From: a virus
Lineage: Duplodnaviria > Caudoviricetes
DNA length: 51,934 bases
Virus record (IMG/VR): IMGVR_UViG_3300037160_000023
Coordinates: 1 to 51,934 of that record
Direction: 5' to 3' (one strand)
The stretch's first letter is position 1. Each line of letters begins with the position of its first letter. The notes beneath the pieces are model-generated. The model had not been told where the DNA came from, ran no database searches, and worked only from the letters and a program-made list of their open reading frames with translations. A program made the translations under genes and the position numbers. Shown here piece after piece: positions 37,142-46,237 of the stretch.

Positions 37142-37659
37142 CCGCGAACAATACTGTATAAGTAGACGTCCTGCGGTTCGTCGCTCACGTTCGGGAAGAA
37201 TGCAAAACGACGCGCCCGGCCCTCGCACAGCGCCCCTAAGCGCTCCGTAATGTGCTGCCCGTTCTTGTTGTCAACGTGTACGTAGGACCACAGTCGCCAG
37301 ATTTGCGGATGCGTGAACACCCAATGCACGAACGGCGTAGCAAATTCACGACCGGCACCGCGCGCTTTCCAGTCGCGGCGAAACATCATCGTCATGGTGG
37401 CTTGGTGTCCCTGCACTTCGAAGCCGATAACGCCCAAGACGTCGGCCGGGTCACCGTCCATCGTTACGGCTTGCCAGCGGGTGGGGCTTTCGCGATAGCG
37501 TTGAAGCAGCGCCGTGGCTTCGTCCACGCTGTCGTGTTGTTTGAACCCCATGTAACGCATTACGTTACGATCGCCGGTCATGGCGAACAGCGCGGGACCT
37601 TCCCACGGGTTCAGGTCACGCATTAACAAATGGCCTAGGTGGGGTCCGCGTACGGTCAT
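37138..37659 (-). CDS. GNAT acetyltransferase (RimJ/RimL-like)
   Basis: VMRYMG, WKARGAGRE, HVDNKNGQHITERLG. Confidence 0.85.
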   Translation of the reverse strand: MTVRGPHLGHLLMRDLNPWEGPALFAMTGDRNVMRYMGFKQHDSVDEATALLQRYRESPTRWQAVTMDGDPADVLGVIGFEVQGHQATMTMMFRRDWKARGAGREFATPFVHWVFTHPQIWRLWSYVHVDNKNGQHITERLGALCEGRARRFAFFPNVSDEPQDVYLYSIVRG

Positions 37660-38066
37660 GCTCTCCGCGCCCGGTCAGTGTGTTCAGCGCAGTACGGTTT
37701 ACGAAACCCAACTGTTGCAGCCCCGCAACATGTGCCGCCATCTAGCGGCCAGCAACACATTGCGCCTTCACGCTCTGAAATGGGGATACCCGTGACGTTG
37801 GCAGGTACTTCAACGAAACCGGGATCGGTGTTCGCTACGAACGATTTAAGACGCGCCAGAGTACCCGCACCCGCACCGGCGCGACGCGGTTTGGGCGGTT
37901 GCTTAGGTTTGTCATCACGCATCAAACCAAGTCGATATATCTTACCAATCACAGCGTTGCGTGTGGCGTACGGTATCTTCGCAGCTATTTGCGACGAAGA
38001 TAGCCCTTCCGCGTAACACTTTTTCAAGATTTCTATGTTTTTGTCGTCCCAAAATACGTCGCTCAT
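37656..38066 (-). CDS. gcrA: GcrA cell-cycle regulator homolog
   Basis: W....LKK...EGLSSSQIA...TRNAVIGKIYRLGL and CCWP...CG...PYCAEH. Confidence 0.9.
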   Translation of the reverse strand: MSDVFWDDKNIEILKKCYAEGLSSSQIAAKIPYATRNAVIGKIYRLGLMRDDKPKQPPKPRRAGAGAGTLARLKSFVANTDPGFVEVPANVTGIPISEREGAMCCWPLDGGTCCGAATVGFRKPYCAEHTDRARRA

Positions 38067-40021
38067 TTGCGCATCCGATCGCCGAAATAACCTTCTGCGT
38101 CTAATGGCAAGCCCGCAGTCCAAGAGCGGGGGCGTGTCATTATTTTACGCATTTGTTCTGATCTTTCTTCAACTACGTTTTCAGGGCACCAAGCCAAGAT
38201 GCTATCGTAAACATCAAGCCCTACGTACACGTCCGGCAGCTCGTTTTCTATATCCGCTTCGGCCGCCGTAATCAAGTCGCGCGTCATTGACTGGCAAGAT
38301 ATTTCGAGCAACGAACCGCCGAAAGCTTTCTGTCGCAGCATCATCCCGAACTTAGCACGGAAAAACGCCATTTCACCGCCGTACGTGACATGCGCAGAGT
38401 AGTGGGGTACGGCACGGCCGGACGGTAACAGCATCCACACCGTACCGTGAACGTCTTTTTGGAATGCTACCTTGCCGGCCGGGAAGATACGGCCCGGAGG
38501 TTCATAGATTGCGAACTTGAAGGCGTCACCTAGCGCGTACCAGAGCGAAACCAGTAGCGGATTGGCGCGGCGGTAACCGTCGATATCCGTACGCGCTTTA
38601 TTCTCTGTGATCTCATGACGCTTAAGACCGTTTTCCGCAGCGGACTTGATTAGAAACGCCATGTACGTCTTCCAACCAAGTTGATAGTTTCCGCCAAGCG
38701 TCACGCTCTTGAATGTCTGCCGTTCTTTCGGGTGCGTTGACTTGGTGGCGTCGCGCGGAAGATGGGGGAGCGCTGCTAGCGCGTTGTACATGTATAGATC
38801 GCTGCCCGGCGTGGCGAGTACGTTTAAACGTTCGGTATCGCCAGCCTGCCAAAGTGCAAAACGTAGTTCAGCTTGTGACGCGTCGTTGTCGCAAAGCTTG
38901 TAACCGTACGGCGACACGATGCAACCGCGCAAGCAATCGGTTAGCGCAATGTTGTTCAGCGACGTGTGGCCCTGCTTTAGCCGCTCTATGATTTGGTCAA
39001 TCGACGGGCGGCCCTCTTTGCCGTCGTACTTACCGGACGGCCGGGCGATATTAAAGAGGTTCGCGCCTTCAGACGTACCGCGACCCGATCGCGCGCCGAA
39101 GAACCGCGTGGCGTCTTTGTAATAGCCGTTAACGCTGCGGTCTAGCAGAGCTTGCGCTTTGAGCGGCGCGGACCCGCCTTCCGCCTGCAACAGTTCTAGA
39201 ACTATCCGTACGTCGGGGTGTAAATTTTCGTCTTGGAGTTTTTCGGCAACGACGTGCTTCTGTGTATTCTCCAGCCCTGCAGCTCGATTGCCGGCGTTAG
39301 CCCAATCAACAATGCGCTTGCGTTGTGACAGTTTCGTTACGGCGTTCGCCGTTAATTCCATAAGCGTGATTGTGCTCTCTTGCTCGATTTCTTGCCGACG
39401 TAAAGCGATGGCGGTCGCAAGGTGCATGTCAATTGGAATGCCGATTTCGTTTTTGCGCCACGTACGTTCCCAAATTATACGTTCGGACGGCGTCAACGGA
39501 GCTAGGCGAGCGTCGCAATTTATTAAACAGTCCACGTCTTGTACGGCGTACTCTAGCAGTTCGCGGAATGTTTGCAGGTCTTCGTTAAATTCACTTTTTT
39601 TGTTCGGCTTGCACGTCGCCATAACAAGTTGGTGGCCGCGCTGATCTTTACCTTTGATACCAAGAGCGCGGCACAGCCCTTCTAGCTTACCCGGCAACGC
39701 CAACGCTTGCGCCCGCGCCATCGTACAGTCGATTTTACTAAGCGGTAGCTCAATAAACGGGTTTTGTCCCTTCAGTACGTTGATATCAAAAGCGGCGTTA
39801 TGCGCAACAACCTGCGTACACACCCGCAAGTCTTCGTACAGTGTCGCAATTGAATGTGTACCTAGCTGCGGAAACACCGTACACGCCGTTCTGAATTCCC
39901 CGCCTTCTATTTTCCACACCGCTACGGTAATTTGTGTTGAAGGATCAGCGGCGTATCTTCTGGCCCCGGATTTCTTAAGGTCAACTCTGCTACGGGTCTC
40001 CAAATCGAGAAGGATGCGCAT
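38063..40021 (-). CDS. DNA polymerase, family A, with 3'-5' exonuclease
   Basis: DLETRS, AHNAAFD, YAVQDV; motif A DASQAELR, motif B RQTFKSVTLGGNY, motif C VYDS. Confidence 0.92.
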   Translation of the reverse strand: MRILLDLETRSRVDLKKSGARRYAADPSTQITVAVWKIEGGEFRTACTVFPQLGTHSIATLYEDLRVCTQVVAHNAAFDINVLKGQNPFIELPLSKIDCTMARAQALALPGKLEGLCRALGIKGKDQRGHQLVMATCKPNKKSEFNEDLQTFRELLEYAVQDVDCLINCDARLAPLTPSERIIWERTWRKNEIGIPIDMHLATAIALRRQEIEQESTITLMELTANAVTKLSQRKRIVDWANAGNRAAGLENTQKHVVAEKLQDENLHPDVRIVLELLQAEGGSAPLKAQALLDRSVNGYYKDATRFFGARSGRGTSEGANLFNIARPSGKYDGKEGRPSIDQIIERLKQGHTSLNNIALTDCLRGCIVSPYGYKLCDNDASQAELRFALWQAGDTERLNVLATPGSDLYMYNALAALPHLPRDATKSTHPKERQTFKSVTLGGNYQLGWKTYMAFLIKSAAENGLKRHEITENKARTDIDGYRRANPLLVSLWYALGDAFKFAIYEPPGRIFPAGKVAFQKDVHGTVWMLLPSGRAVPHYSAHVTYGGEMAFFRAKFGMMLRQKAFGGSLLEISCQSMTRDLITAAEADIENELPDVYVGLDVYDSILAWCPENVVEERSEQMRKIMTRPRSWTAGLPLDAEGYFGDRMRK

Positions 40022-40413
40022 CGTAAATCCTTAAGCACGTCTGCCATGTGGCAAAACTCTTGAATTGACAAGTCTCGTTTTGCAGCGTTGGCGCGGTGAC
40101 TGATAACCCAAATGTTGCCGCGTACGTAGCCCTTGTGATTTTCTATGCGGTCTAAAGCCGGTGCGTCGTTAAGCGTTTCGCGCGACCCGCCTGTAATTAG
40201 CTCCGTACCAAAAATAGGGCACGCGTCGGGAACGTGGATATCAGCTATTTCTATACTGAAATCTAAACCGTTCTTTTCAGCGCGTCGCTTTGCTTCACGC
40301 CAAAGATGCGCAGCCGGGTCACGACCACGGTAGCGCTGCATTGCCTCGCGGCTTGCCGTACGTTTTGCGTCGGGGTTGTTTTTACCCCATGCGTTGCTGT
40401 CACTTTTTCTCAT
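39922..40413 (-). CDS. free-standing HNH endonuclease
   Basis: CPIFG...LDRIENHKGYVRGNIWVISHRANAAK. Confidence 0.85.
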   Translation of the reverse strand: MRKSDSNAWGKNNPDAKRTASREAMQRYRGRDPAAHLWREAKRRAEKNGLDFSIEIADIHVPDACPIFGTELITGGSRETLNDAPALDRIENHKGYVRGNIWVISHRANAAKRDLSIQEFCHMADVLKDLRCASFSIWRPVAELTLRNPGPEDTPLILQHKLP

Positions 40414-40428
40414 AAGACGCTCTCCAGC

Positions 40429-40457
40429 AAAAAGGAACCCGGGGCCAAAGCCCCGGG
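40429..40457 (-). terminator. intrinsic terminator after SSB
   Basis: CCCGGGGC-N4-GCCCCGGG followed by a T-rich tract on the minus strand. Confidence 0.65.
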
Positions 40458-40472
40458 CAGCGTCGATCGCAG

Positions 40473-41456
40473 TTACCGGCCGGGGAACGCGCCGGGGTTA
40501 GAGGGGTATGCATTCGGCTGTGCACCCGGGCCATTGTTCGAAGGGAACTGTCCGCCATTTGCCGGCGTACCACCCGGGCCGTACGACTGCGGCATGCCCG
40601 GCCCGGCACCGCCGAAACCCGGACCCCCCTGCGGCTGGTTAGAAGGGTACGCAGACCCACCCACCCCGGGACCCCCATTGTTCGGGGGGTTGGCATTGTA
40701 GGGCATAGCAGGGCCGCCCTGTGTCGGGGCAAAACCACCCGCGTTCCCATGGGGTCCCGGCTGCGTAAAAGGGCCTTGGCCCGGGTTTCCGGGTCCACCA
40801 GCCCCGGGGCCGTTGGGCTGCCCACCGGGGTAACCACCCCCAAAGCCACCGCCCGGCGCACCAAAGCCCACCGGACGCAACCCTTGGGCTTCGGCCGTGC
40901 GGTACAGCTCCGCACCGCTCACGGAGTTGCCAACAGCGATTTCTTCGCCGGCCGCCGTGAACAGAACGGTGTTGCAAAAGTGCTTCAGGCCCCGCGCGTT
41001 GGTTTGCTTGATCGCGGCTGAACAGCCCAACGAAACGTAGTCGCCAGGCTTGACGCCGACTTTGGCCGGCAGCACAGCAACGTTGTTGTTCTGGACTATT
41101 TCAGCTTTGATCGGCGAAGACGAAGAACCGCCAAGTATCCACTGGCCTTTCGCCCATTCGGTCGGAGTTTTGCCGGGTTCGGATGGCATGTCGCCGTCCT
41201 TGATCGGCCATTCCGTAATCATCTGCGCATTCATGCCGGTTTTGTTCATCAACTCGCTGTACGCGGCCCAAGCCGGGGCTAACAACGGTTCTTCCCACCA
41301 GCCCGCGCGGGTCTTGGGAGTGATGACCGTAATGAAGTAGTTCGGTTTGGTTGTCGGTGCGCCTTTGAATTCGCGCGACGGCTCCCACAGATGTTGCATA
41401 TTCACCATACGCATGTTGAACAGCATGAAAGGTACGTACACTCTGCCTGTTGCCAT
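40473..41456 (-). CDS. ssDNA-binding protein (DUF2815/gp2.5-like) with long Gly/Pro/Asn tail
   Basis: HLWEP...WPIKDGD...GQW...PGDYV...ARGL...GEEI; context between exonuclease and polymerase. Confidence 0.75.
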   Translation of the reverse strand: MATGRVYVPFMLFNMRMVNMQHLWEPSREFKGAPTTKPNYFITVITPKTRAGWWEEPLLAPAWAAYSELMNKTGMNAQMITEWPIKDGDMPSEPGKTPTEWAKGQWILGGSSSSPIKAEIVQNNNVAVLPAKVGVKPGDYVSLGCSAAIKQTNARGLKHFCNTVLFTAAGEEIAVGNSVSGAELYRTAEAQGLRPVGFGAPGGGFGGGYPGGQPNGPGAGGPGNPGQGPFTQPGPHGNAGGFAPTQGGPAMPYNANPPNNGGPGVGGSAYPSNQPQGGPGFGGAGPGMPQSYGPGGTPANGGQFPSNNGPGAQPNAYPSNPGAFPGR

Positions 41457-41504
41457 AGTAAAACCCTCATATTACCAAAACCGGATGCGCCGGCACGCAA
41501 GCCC

Positions 41505-41534
41505 ACTGTACAACGTACGGCGGGAATTAGTCAA
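41505..41534 (-). promoter_or_regulatory. promoter upstream of SSB
   Basis: TTGACT-18-TACAGT. Confidence 0.5.
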
Positions 41535-41535
41535 G

Positions 41536-41928
41536 TTAAAATTTTTTACCGTGCGCCCGCTCGCGAGCTTCGCGTTTGTGGTCTTCGCGTTGTCGGTTAT
41601 ACAGCATTTTGTTCAGAATGACGGGGCCTAAAGCGCCAAGCTTATGCCCTTCTGCATAGTCGAAAATCCTAATTACCGCGTCCGCAAGCTCGACAATTTC
41701 CATTGAATACTGCGGCAGGTGTGTATCTGGTATCGACTTTCGTACACCCTCTAAACACTCTGATATTTCGGAGTGGATCAGCGCTAACATTTCACCTTTG
41801 TTACGTTCTAGCGCTCTGCCGCTCTTGTCAAACCACCATTTTTCGTTATCGCAGTGTACGGCAAATTGAAATGTTTCAAGCCAGTGAAGCAAAATATGTG
41901 GCGCTTCTTTTATCACGTCGTATGCCAT
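41536..41928 (-). CDS. MazG-like nucleotide pyrophosphohydrolase
   Basis: LALIHSEISECLEGVRK...ELADAVIRIFD...KMLYN..R. Confidence 0.85.
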   Translation of the reverse strand: MAYDVIKEAPHILLHWLETFQFAVHCDNEKWWFDKSGRALERNKGEMLALIHSEISECLEGVRKSIPDTHLPQYSMEIVELADAVIRIFDYAEGHKLGALGPVILNKMLYNRQREDHKREARERAHGKKF

Positions 41929-41929
41929 G

Positions 41930-42868
41930 TCAATAACTCGCTTTGAGTTCCGCAGCGGGCTTATGAGCACCAATCGCTGCGTACTTCTTACCCTCTAGTC
42001 CCAACTTTTCCGCCTGCGCTGGCGTCACCGGCTTTACACCGCGCGGGCCAAAATGCTGCATCAAGATCGTAGCGGCTTGTTGGTCATCGTTCCAAGCGCG
42101 CCATGCACGGCCCGGCTTCAACACTACGCCTTCGGCAGTGTAGCCCATTTTCAACCGCGTCGTAAGCACTTCCTCGTAAACCGGCTTGACGTCACCAAGC
42201 GCGCGGATGATGCGCAACAGCCGTGCCAGTTCATCGGGTGACAAGTCTTCCGGCCGACGTGACATAGCGCCCATGACGAAGCCGGCATCGGTGGACATGG
42301 CCGGACATTGCTGGAAAGCCTTGCACCAGCGGCACCACGGACCGGGCTTCGGCGGGCTGCGGTCATTTACCGCCCGAAGGACCCTTGCGCGGTGCGCTTC
42401 AACTTCGGAGCGGTGGGCTATCCATTGTTTAAACGGTTCTTCGTCATTCAGGCCGTACGGCTGGAAAATCACAAGCCGGAACCATTCGGCGGTTGTACGG
42501 GCCAGCCATGCAGCGGCGTACGTCAACATTTGCTTATTCTCGAACGCGTCAACGTCCCACTTGCCAAACTTGCCATCTATCAGAGTGACGATGCGCGGTG
42601 CGTCCCGCAGAATGTCCAGCGTGCCGCCGCAGTTGTCCGTGATCTTGACGCGTTCTTCGCGGTACTCGGTGCCTGGTTCGAGCTGAACCACGAACGCTTC
42701 AACGTCTGTAATCTCGCTGGCTTCCATGTCATCGTGCAGACCGGTGCCGCGCGCCGCAGCTTCGAGCGTTTTCTTTGGCTTCACTTCGTCCGGTACGCCG
42801 TTCAAGGCTGACCATGAACACTCAATCCATGTTGCGGTGGCGGAAGCTGCGAAAAGATCGTGGCCCAT
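41930..42868 (-). CDS. DUF2800/Cas4-like PD-(D/E)xK exonuclease
   Basis: AARGTGLH, GGTLD, IDGKFG, NKQMLTYA, IFQP, PGPWCRWCKAFQQC. Confidence 0.88.
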   Translation of the reverse strand: MGHDLFAASATATWIECSWSALNGVPDEVKPKKTLEAAARGTGLHDDMEASEITDVEAFVVQLEPGTEYREERVKITDNCGGTLDILRDAPRIVTLIDGKFGKWDVDAFENKQMLTYAAAWLARTTAEWFRLVIFQPYGLNDEEPFKQWIAHRSEVEAHRARVLRAVNDRSPPKPGPWCRWCKAFQQCPAMSTDAGFVMGAMSRRPEDLSPDELARLLRIIRALGDVKPVYEEVLTTRLKMGYTAEGVVLKPGRAWRAWNDDQQAATILMQHFGPRGVKPVTPAQAEKLGLEGKKYAAIGAHKPAAELKASY

Positions 42869-42873
42869 GTACG

Positions 42874-42995
42874 TACCTGTAAAGTATGCGGCGGTTGATT
42901 GCTTTGAACGTTACTCACCATAAACCCGATGCAGCCGCGAGCAATCTTTCTTCACCGACCCCGCCGCTAGCCGATCATGACTTCCGCATCAGGTA
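42874..42995 (-). promoter_or_regulatory. structured intergenic leader upstream of the exonuclease
   Basis: Complementary segments 42874-42879/42990-42995, 42886-42891/42984-42989, 42888-42894/42961-42967, 42897-42903/42940-42946. Confidence 0.4.
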
Positions 42996-43003
42996 ACCAA
43001 GTG

Positions 43004-43411
43004 TTACGCGCCCATCATCTTGGCGATGTTTTCCAGCGTCGCCACCGGAAGACGGGCCAAAAAGACTTGCTTGATTTGGTCAAGCGTTGCCTGCGCAGCC
43101 TCCGGGCCGAAGTGGCTGCGGAACCACGTCAACGCCGCTTCTGCAGAGTTACCCGCCGCAAGCGACGCGTCAAGCTTGGTCACGATGCGTGTAACCACAG
43201 CCTGCAACGCGGGATCAAGGCCAGCGCCGCCCGGGAAGCCAGTCGCAGCGCCGGGACCGGCGAAGTTCGGCATGCCGCCCGCTGGCGGTTGGAGCGGCGC
43301 AGGGGCTTGGCCCTTGGGTTCGTCGTCGGCGTCGGCCTTGCCGCCGCGCGTGCCCTTCAGCCCTTTGACGAATTCCTTGACTTCCTCGATACTGTCAAAA
43401 CTCAGTCGCAT
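43004..43411 (-). CDS. hypothetical protein
   Basis: GGAGA RBS, biased codons; TGTATGACA at 43452-43460 upstream. Confidence 0.7.
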   Translation of the reverse strand: MRLSFDSIEEVKEFVKGLKGTRGGKADADDEPKGQAPAPLQPPAGGMPNFAGPGAATGFPGGAGLDPALQAVVTRIVTKLDASLAAGNSAEAALTWFRSHFGPEAAQATLDQIKQVFLARLPVATLENIAKMMGA

Positions 43412-43500
43412 TTTCGTGTCTCCGTTTGGGTTGGTCGTGTTGTGACGCTACTGTATGACAAATCTGTACGCTTGCGTCAAGCGGCGTACGGAAAGAATTT

Positions 43501-44268
43501 CTAGATTTCCCACGGCATAGGTTCAACACGCTTGCGTGCTATTTCGAAGTACGCAGGATCACGTTCGATGCCGATAAAGTTCCGGCCGGATTGCACTGCG
43601 GCGACTCCGGTGGTGCCGGACCCGAGGAAGGGATCGAACACCGTGTCACCGGGATTTGACCAACTGGCGATATGGTCCGCGGCAAGCGCGAGCGGGAACA
43701 TGGCCGAGTGTTTTATACCGACATTCTTTCCGCCGCCAACAACGTAGTCGAAAACGTTATGTCTAATTTTTTTGGATTTGGTTTCGTAATATCCGCCGCC
43801 GTTGTCACGCATCCCACCCGTGAACTCGTGCCTTTTACGTCGCCAATTCCCTAACGTTGGTTCGGTCAGAATATGAGTCGTTGCGGGTCTGCCCTTTGCA
43901 AAAACAAACATATATTCGAACGCTTGTTCGTACCGATGACGCTGCGTGGGCATCGGATTCGGTTTTTTCCAAATCATCGTGTCGTGAAGATTAAAACCGC
44001 AATCCATGGCGTGTAACGCCTGTCGAAAACTCGTGCCGGTTTCGCTGCCGTTTATGGTGGCGTCGTTCACGACCCACACGACCACGCCGCCAGGCTTCGT
44101 GATGCGATATAGTTCGGAGAGGATCGCTTGCCATTTCGCAGGCGTCCAGTCATTCAATGACTCGTTATACGTGCGCAGGTTGTCGTAAGGCGGCGACGTC
44201 ACGGTCAAATCCACGCTCGCAGCCGGCAGCGTTGGCATTATTTCGAGACAGTCTCCCAAGTACAGCAT
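43501..44268 (-). CDS. DNA methyltransferase, beta-class N4-C/N6-A
   Basis: GDCL, VTSPPY, IWKKPNP, HSAMFP, DPFLGSGTT; ends MPWEI*. Confidence 0.93.
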   Translation of the reverse strand: MLYLGDCLEIMPTLPAASVDLTVTSPPYDNLRTYNESLNDWTPAKWQAILSELYRITKPGGVVVWVVNDATINGSETGTSFRQALHAMDCGFNLHDTMIWKKPNPMPTQRHRYEQAFEYMFVFAKGRPATTHILTEPTLGNWRRKRHEFTGGMRDNGGGYYETKSKKIRHNVFDYVVGGGKNVGIKHSAMFPLALAADHIASWSNPGDTVFDPFLGSGTTGVAAVQSGRNFIGIERDPAYFEIARKRVEPMPWEI

Positions 44269-44272
44269 TGCC

Positions 44273-45940
44273 TTACCTCTGATGCAAAACCCCGTTGACG
44301 TCATAAATCCCCGCAGCCGTGTACCGCCCGTTCTGTGCTCGCTTCAAGAAAACAGAATGCGGTTGCGGTAAGTCACTGTACGGCCAGATAGCTGTTGTGA
44401 ATTTAGTTGTTAACAGCCATCCGCCACTGTCATTTTTGATTGGAGCTGATACGATTTGCTGCCAAGGTTCCGCTTCGATCAGCTTCCTAATGTTGACAGC
44501 TTCGTACCCACCACCGCGCGTCTTCAAGTCTTTGCCTGGTGCCATGTTTATGGTGTTGTCAAAATGGCAGTGCGGACAGGTGGGGTGCAAGAACGCCGCG
44601 TACGGTTCTTCGCATGCCGCACACAGTTTGATATCAGCTTGTTGTTGTCCGCAGTGAGGGCAACGCATGCCGTGGAAGTGGGGGTCAAACCGCTCAAAGC
44701 AACCCTTGCACTTCGGCGCGCTCTTGTGGATCAGTTCGCACTTTGGGCACGTTTTGCCGTGCTCCCATGTTTCCCACTCTGCGCCGCAGCCGGGCGCATC
44801 GTTCCTGATATCTTCGCAAGTGAGCATGCGGCCCGGGGCAGCCATTACGGCGTCAAGCGTGCCATGGCGTTCAATGTTGCCGCCGAAGTCCAGCACCAGA
44901 CAGTTGACCGCGTACGGCGTGATACGTGCGCCGCGTCCTAACCCCTGCGCATAGTACACGGCGGACTTGGTTGCGCGTTCGAACACCATCAAATCAATGT
45001 CAGTTACGTCAAACCCCGTCGTGAACATGTTGCACGATACCAAGATGCCGCCTTCAGGGCTATTCTTGAATGCGTCTACTGATTTGTCACGCTTGCCAAC
45101 AATGGATTTGGAATGCACGCCGTACACGCGCGGTGCGTTAAGGCGTTTAAACTCCGCTTCGGTTTTGTCTACGTGTTCAATGTTGCAACAGAACACCAGC
45201 ACGCGACGCCGGTTAAATTTGCGCATGACGTCAAGCGTCGTACGGACGTGACTAGGTACGAGCTTAATTGCGCGTGACGCTTGTTCTTCTAGATCGAAGT
45301 CACCCGCTACTGTTGCCAACCCGTTGATGTCAATCACTTCGTCTTCGCCGGCATCAACCGGCACCAGCGGCTTTACGTACCCGTCGCGCAAAGCGTCCAA
45401 GAATGTGTAGCGGTACACGATGGGGCCAAAGGTCTTCGCAAGATCGCCAGTGCCATCGGCGCGGAAAGGCGTTCCAGTTAAGCCGTGAACCTTGGCCCTG
45501 TTCAGTTTGTCGAATAGACGCCTGTACAGCGAAGACTTCGCGGGCGGCACCATGTGAACTTCGTCAACCAAGATCGCAACGACGTCGCGGAACAGATGCA
45601 CTCTGTTTATAATTGTGCCGATCGTACCCACCGTGATACGAGCAAACGCGTTGACGGAGATAGACGAAGAACAGATACCCGGTGAAAGTCCTAACTGCTT
45701 ACACGCTGCAGCGTTGTGGTGTACCAGCTCTTTGTTGTGGGCAACAATCAAAACACGACCGTACGTCGAATAGTGGCCGGCGAGCATGCCTAACATGGCA
45801 CTTTTTCCCCCAGCTACGGTAATTTCGGAAACTGAAAACTGCCCTTCGTAATTGATAAGTGCTTGCACGCCTTCGATTTGGTGGCGTCGCGGTACAAAAG
45901 GCGCGGGCGTCAATGCTGCGGTGTTCAGGAAGCCGTGCAT
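44273..45940 (-). CDS. SF2 helicase (RadD/YejH-like) with C-terminal Zn fingers
   Basis: AGGKS, DEVH, GLTGTP, TTGFD, QGLGRGAR, LDFGGN, multiple CxxC. Confidence 0.92.
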   Translation of the reverse strand: MHGFLNTAALTPAPFVPRRHQIEGVQALINYEGQFSVSEITVAGGKSAMLGMLAGHYSTYGRVLIVAHNKELVHHNAAACKQLGLSPGICSSSISVNAFARITVGTIGTIINRVHLFRDVVAILVDEVHMVPPAKSSLYRRLFDKLNRAKVHGLTGTPFRADGTGDLAKTFGPIVYRYTFLDALRDGYVKPLVPVDAGEDEVIDINGLATVAGDFDLEEQASRAIKLVPSHVRTTLDVMRKFNRRRVLVFCCNIEHVDKTEAEFKRLNAPRVYGVHSKSIVGKRDKSVDAFKNSPEGGILVSCNMFTTGFDVTDIDLMVFERATKSAVYYAQGLGRGARITPYAVNCLVLDFGGNIERHGTLDAVMAAPGRMLTCEDIRNDAPGCGAEWETWEHGKTCPKCELIHKSAPKCKGCFERFDPHFHGMRCPHCGQQQADIKLCAACEEPYAAFLHPTCPHCHFDNTINMAPGKDLKTRGGGYEAVNIRKLIEAEPWQQIVSAPIKNDSGGWLLTTKFTTAIWPYSDLPQPHSVFLKRAQNGRYTAAGIYDVNGVLHQR

Positions 45941-46236
45941 CAAAGTTCGTCCAAGACGCTTTGCGCTTCGTCGATTGCTTTGTCGCTTTCGCGGTCCGCA
46001 AGCAAGTTTTTCAGCACACGCTTTAAGCCGTCACGCTGTTCTTCTACTGTTTCCAGATTTTCTTCCAATTCTTTAATTCTTTCGTCCTGCGTGCTGTACG
46101 CGTATAGCTCTTCAATCCCGTCAATGAACGCAGTTGGCGCTTTGAATTCGATTGCGCGGTAACGCAGCCAGTCGATTAATTCGCTAGCCTGCAAATTTGA
46201 CCGCGCCGGCAGCTCTGCCCAAGGTAACCAAGCCAT
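45940..46236 (-). CDS. hypothetical coiled-coil protein; N-terminal LPW
   Basis: MAWLPWAELP... Confidence 0.65.
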   Translation of the reverse strand: MAWLPWAELPARSNLQASELIDWLRYRAIEFKAPTAFIDGIEELYAYSTQDERIKELEENLETVEEQRDGLKRVLKNLLADRESDKAIDEAQSVLDEL

Positions 46237-46237
46237 G

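Noticed and set aside
39922-40413. HNH gene as part of a group I intron in the polymerase
   Set aside because: The polymerase starts with an intact exonuclease N-terminus downstream and SSB ends with a terminator upstream, so no gene is interrupted
41930-42868. Cas4-like nuclease as evidence of a CRISPR system
   Set aside because: No repeat-spacer array or other cas genes; it is the usual DUF2800 gene beside SSB and polymerase
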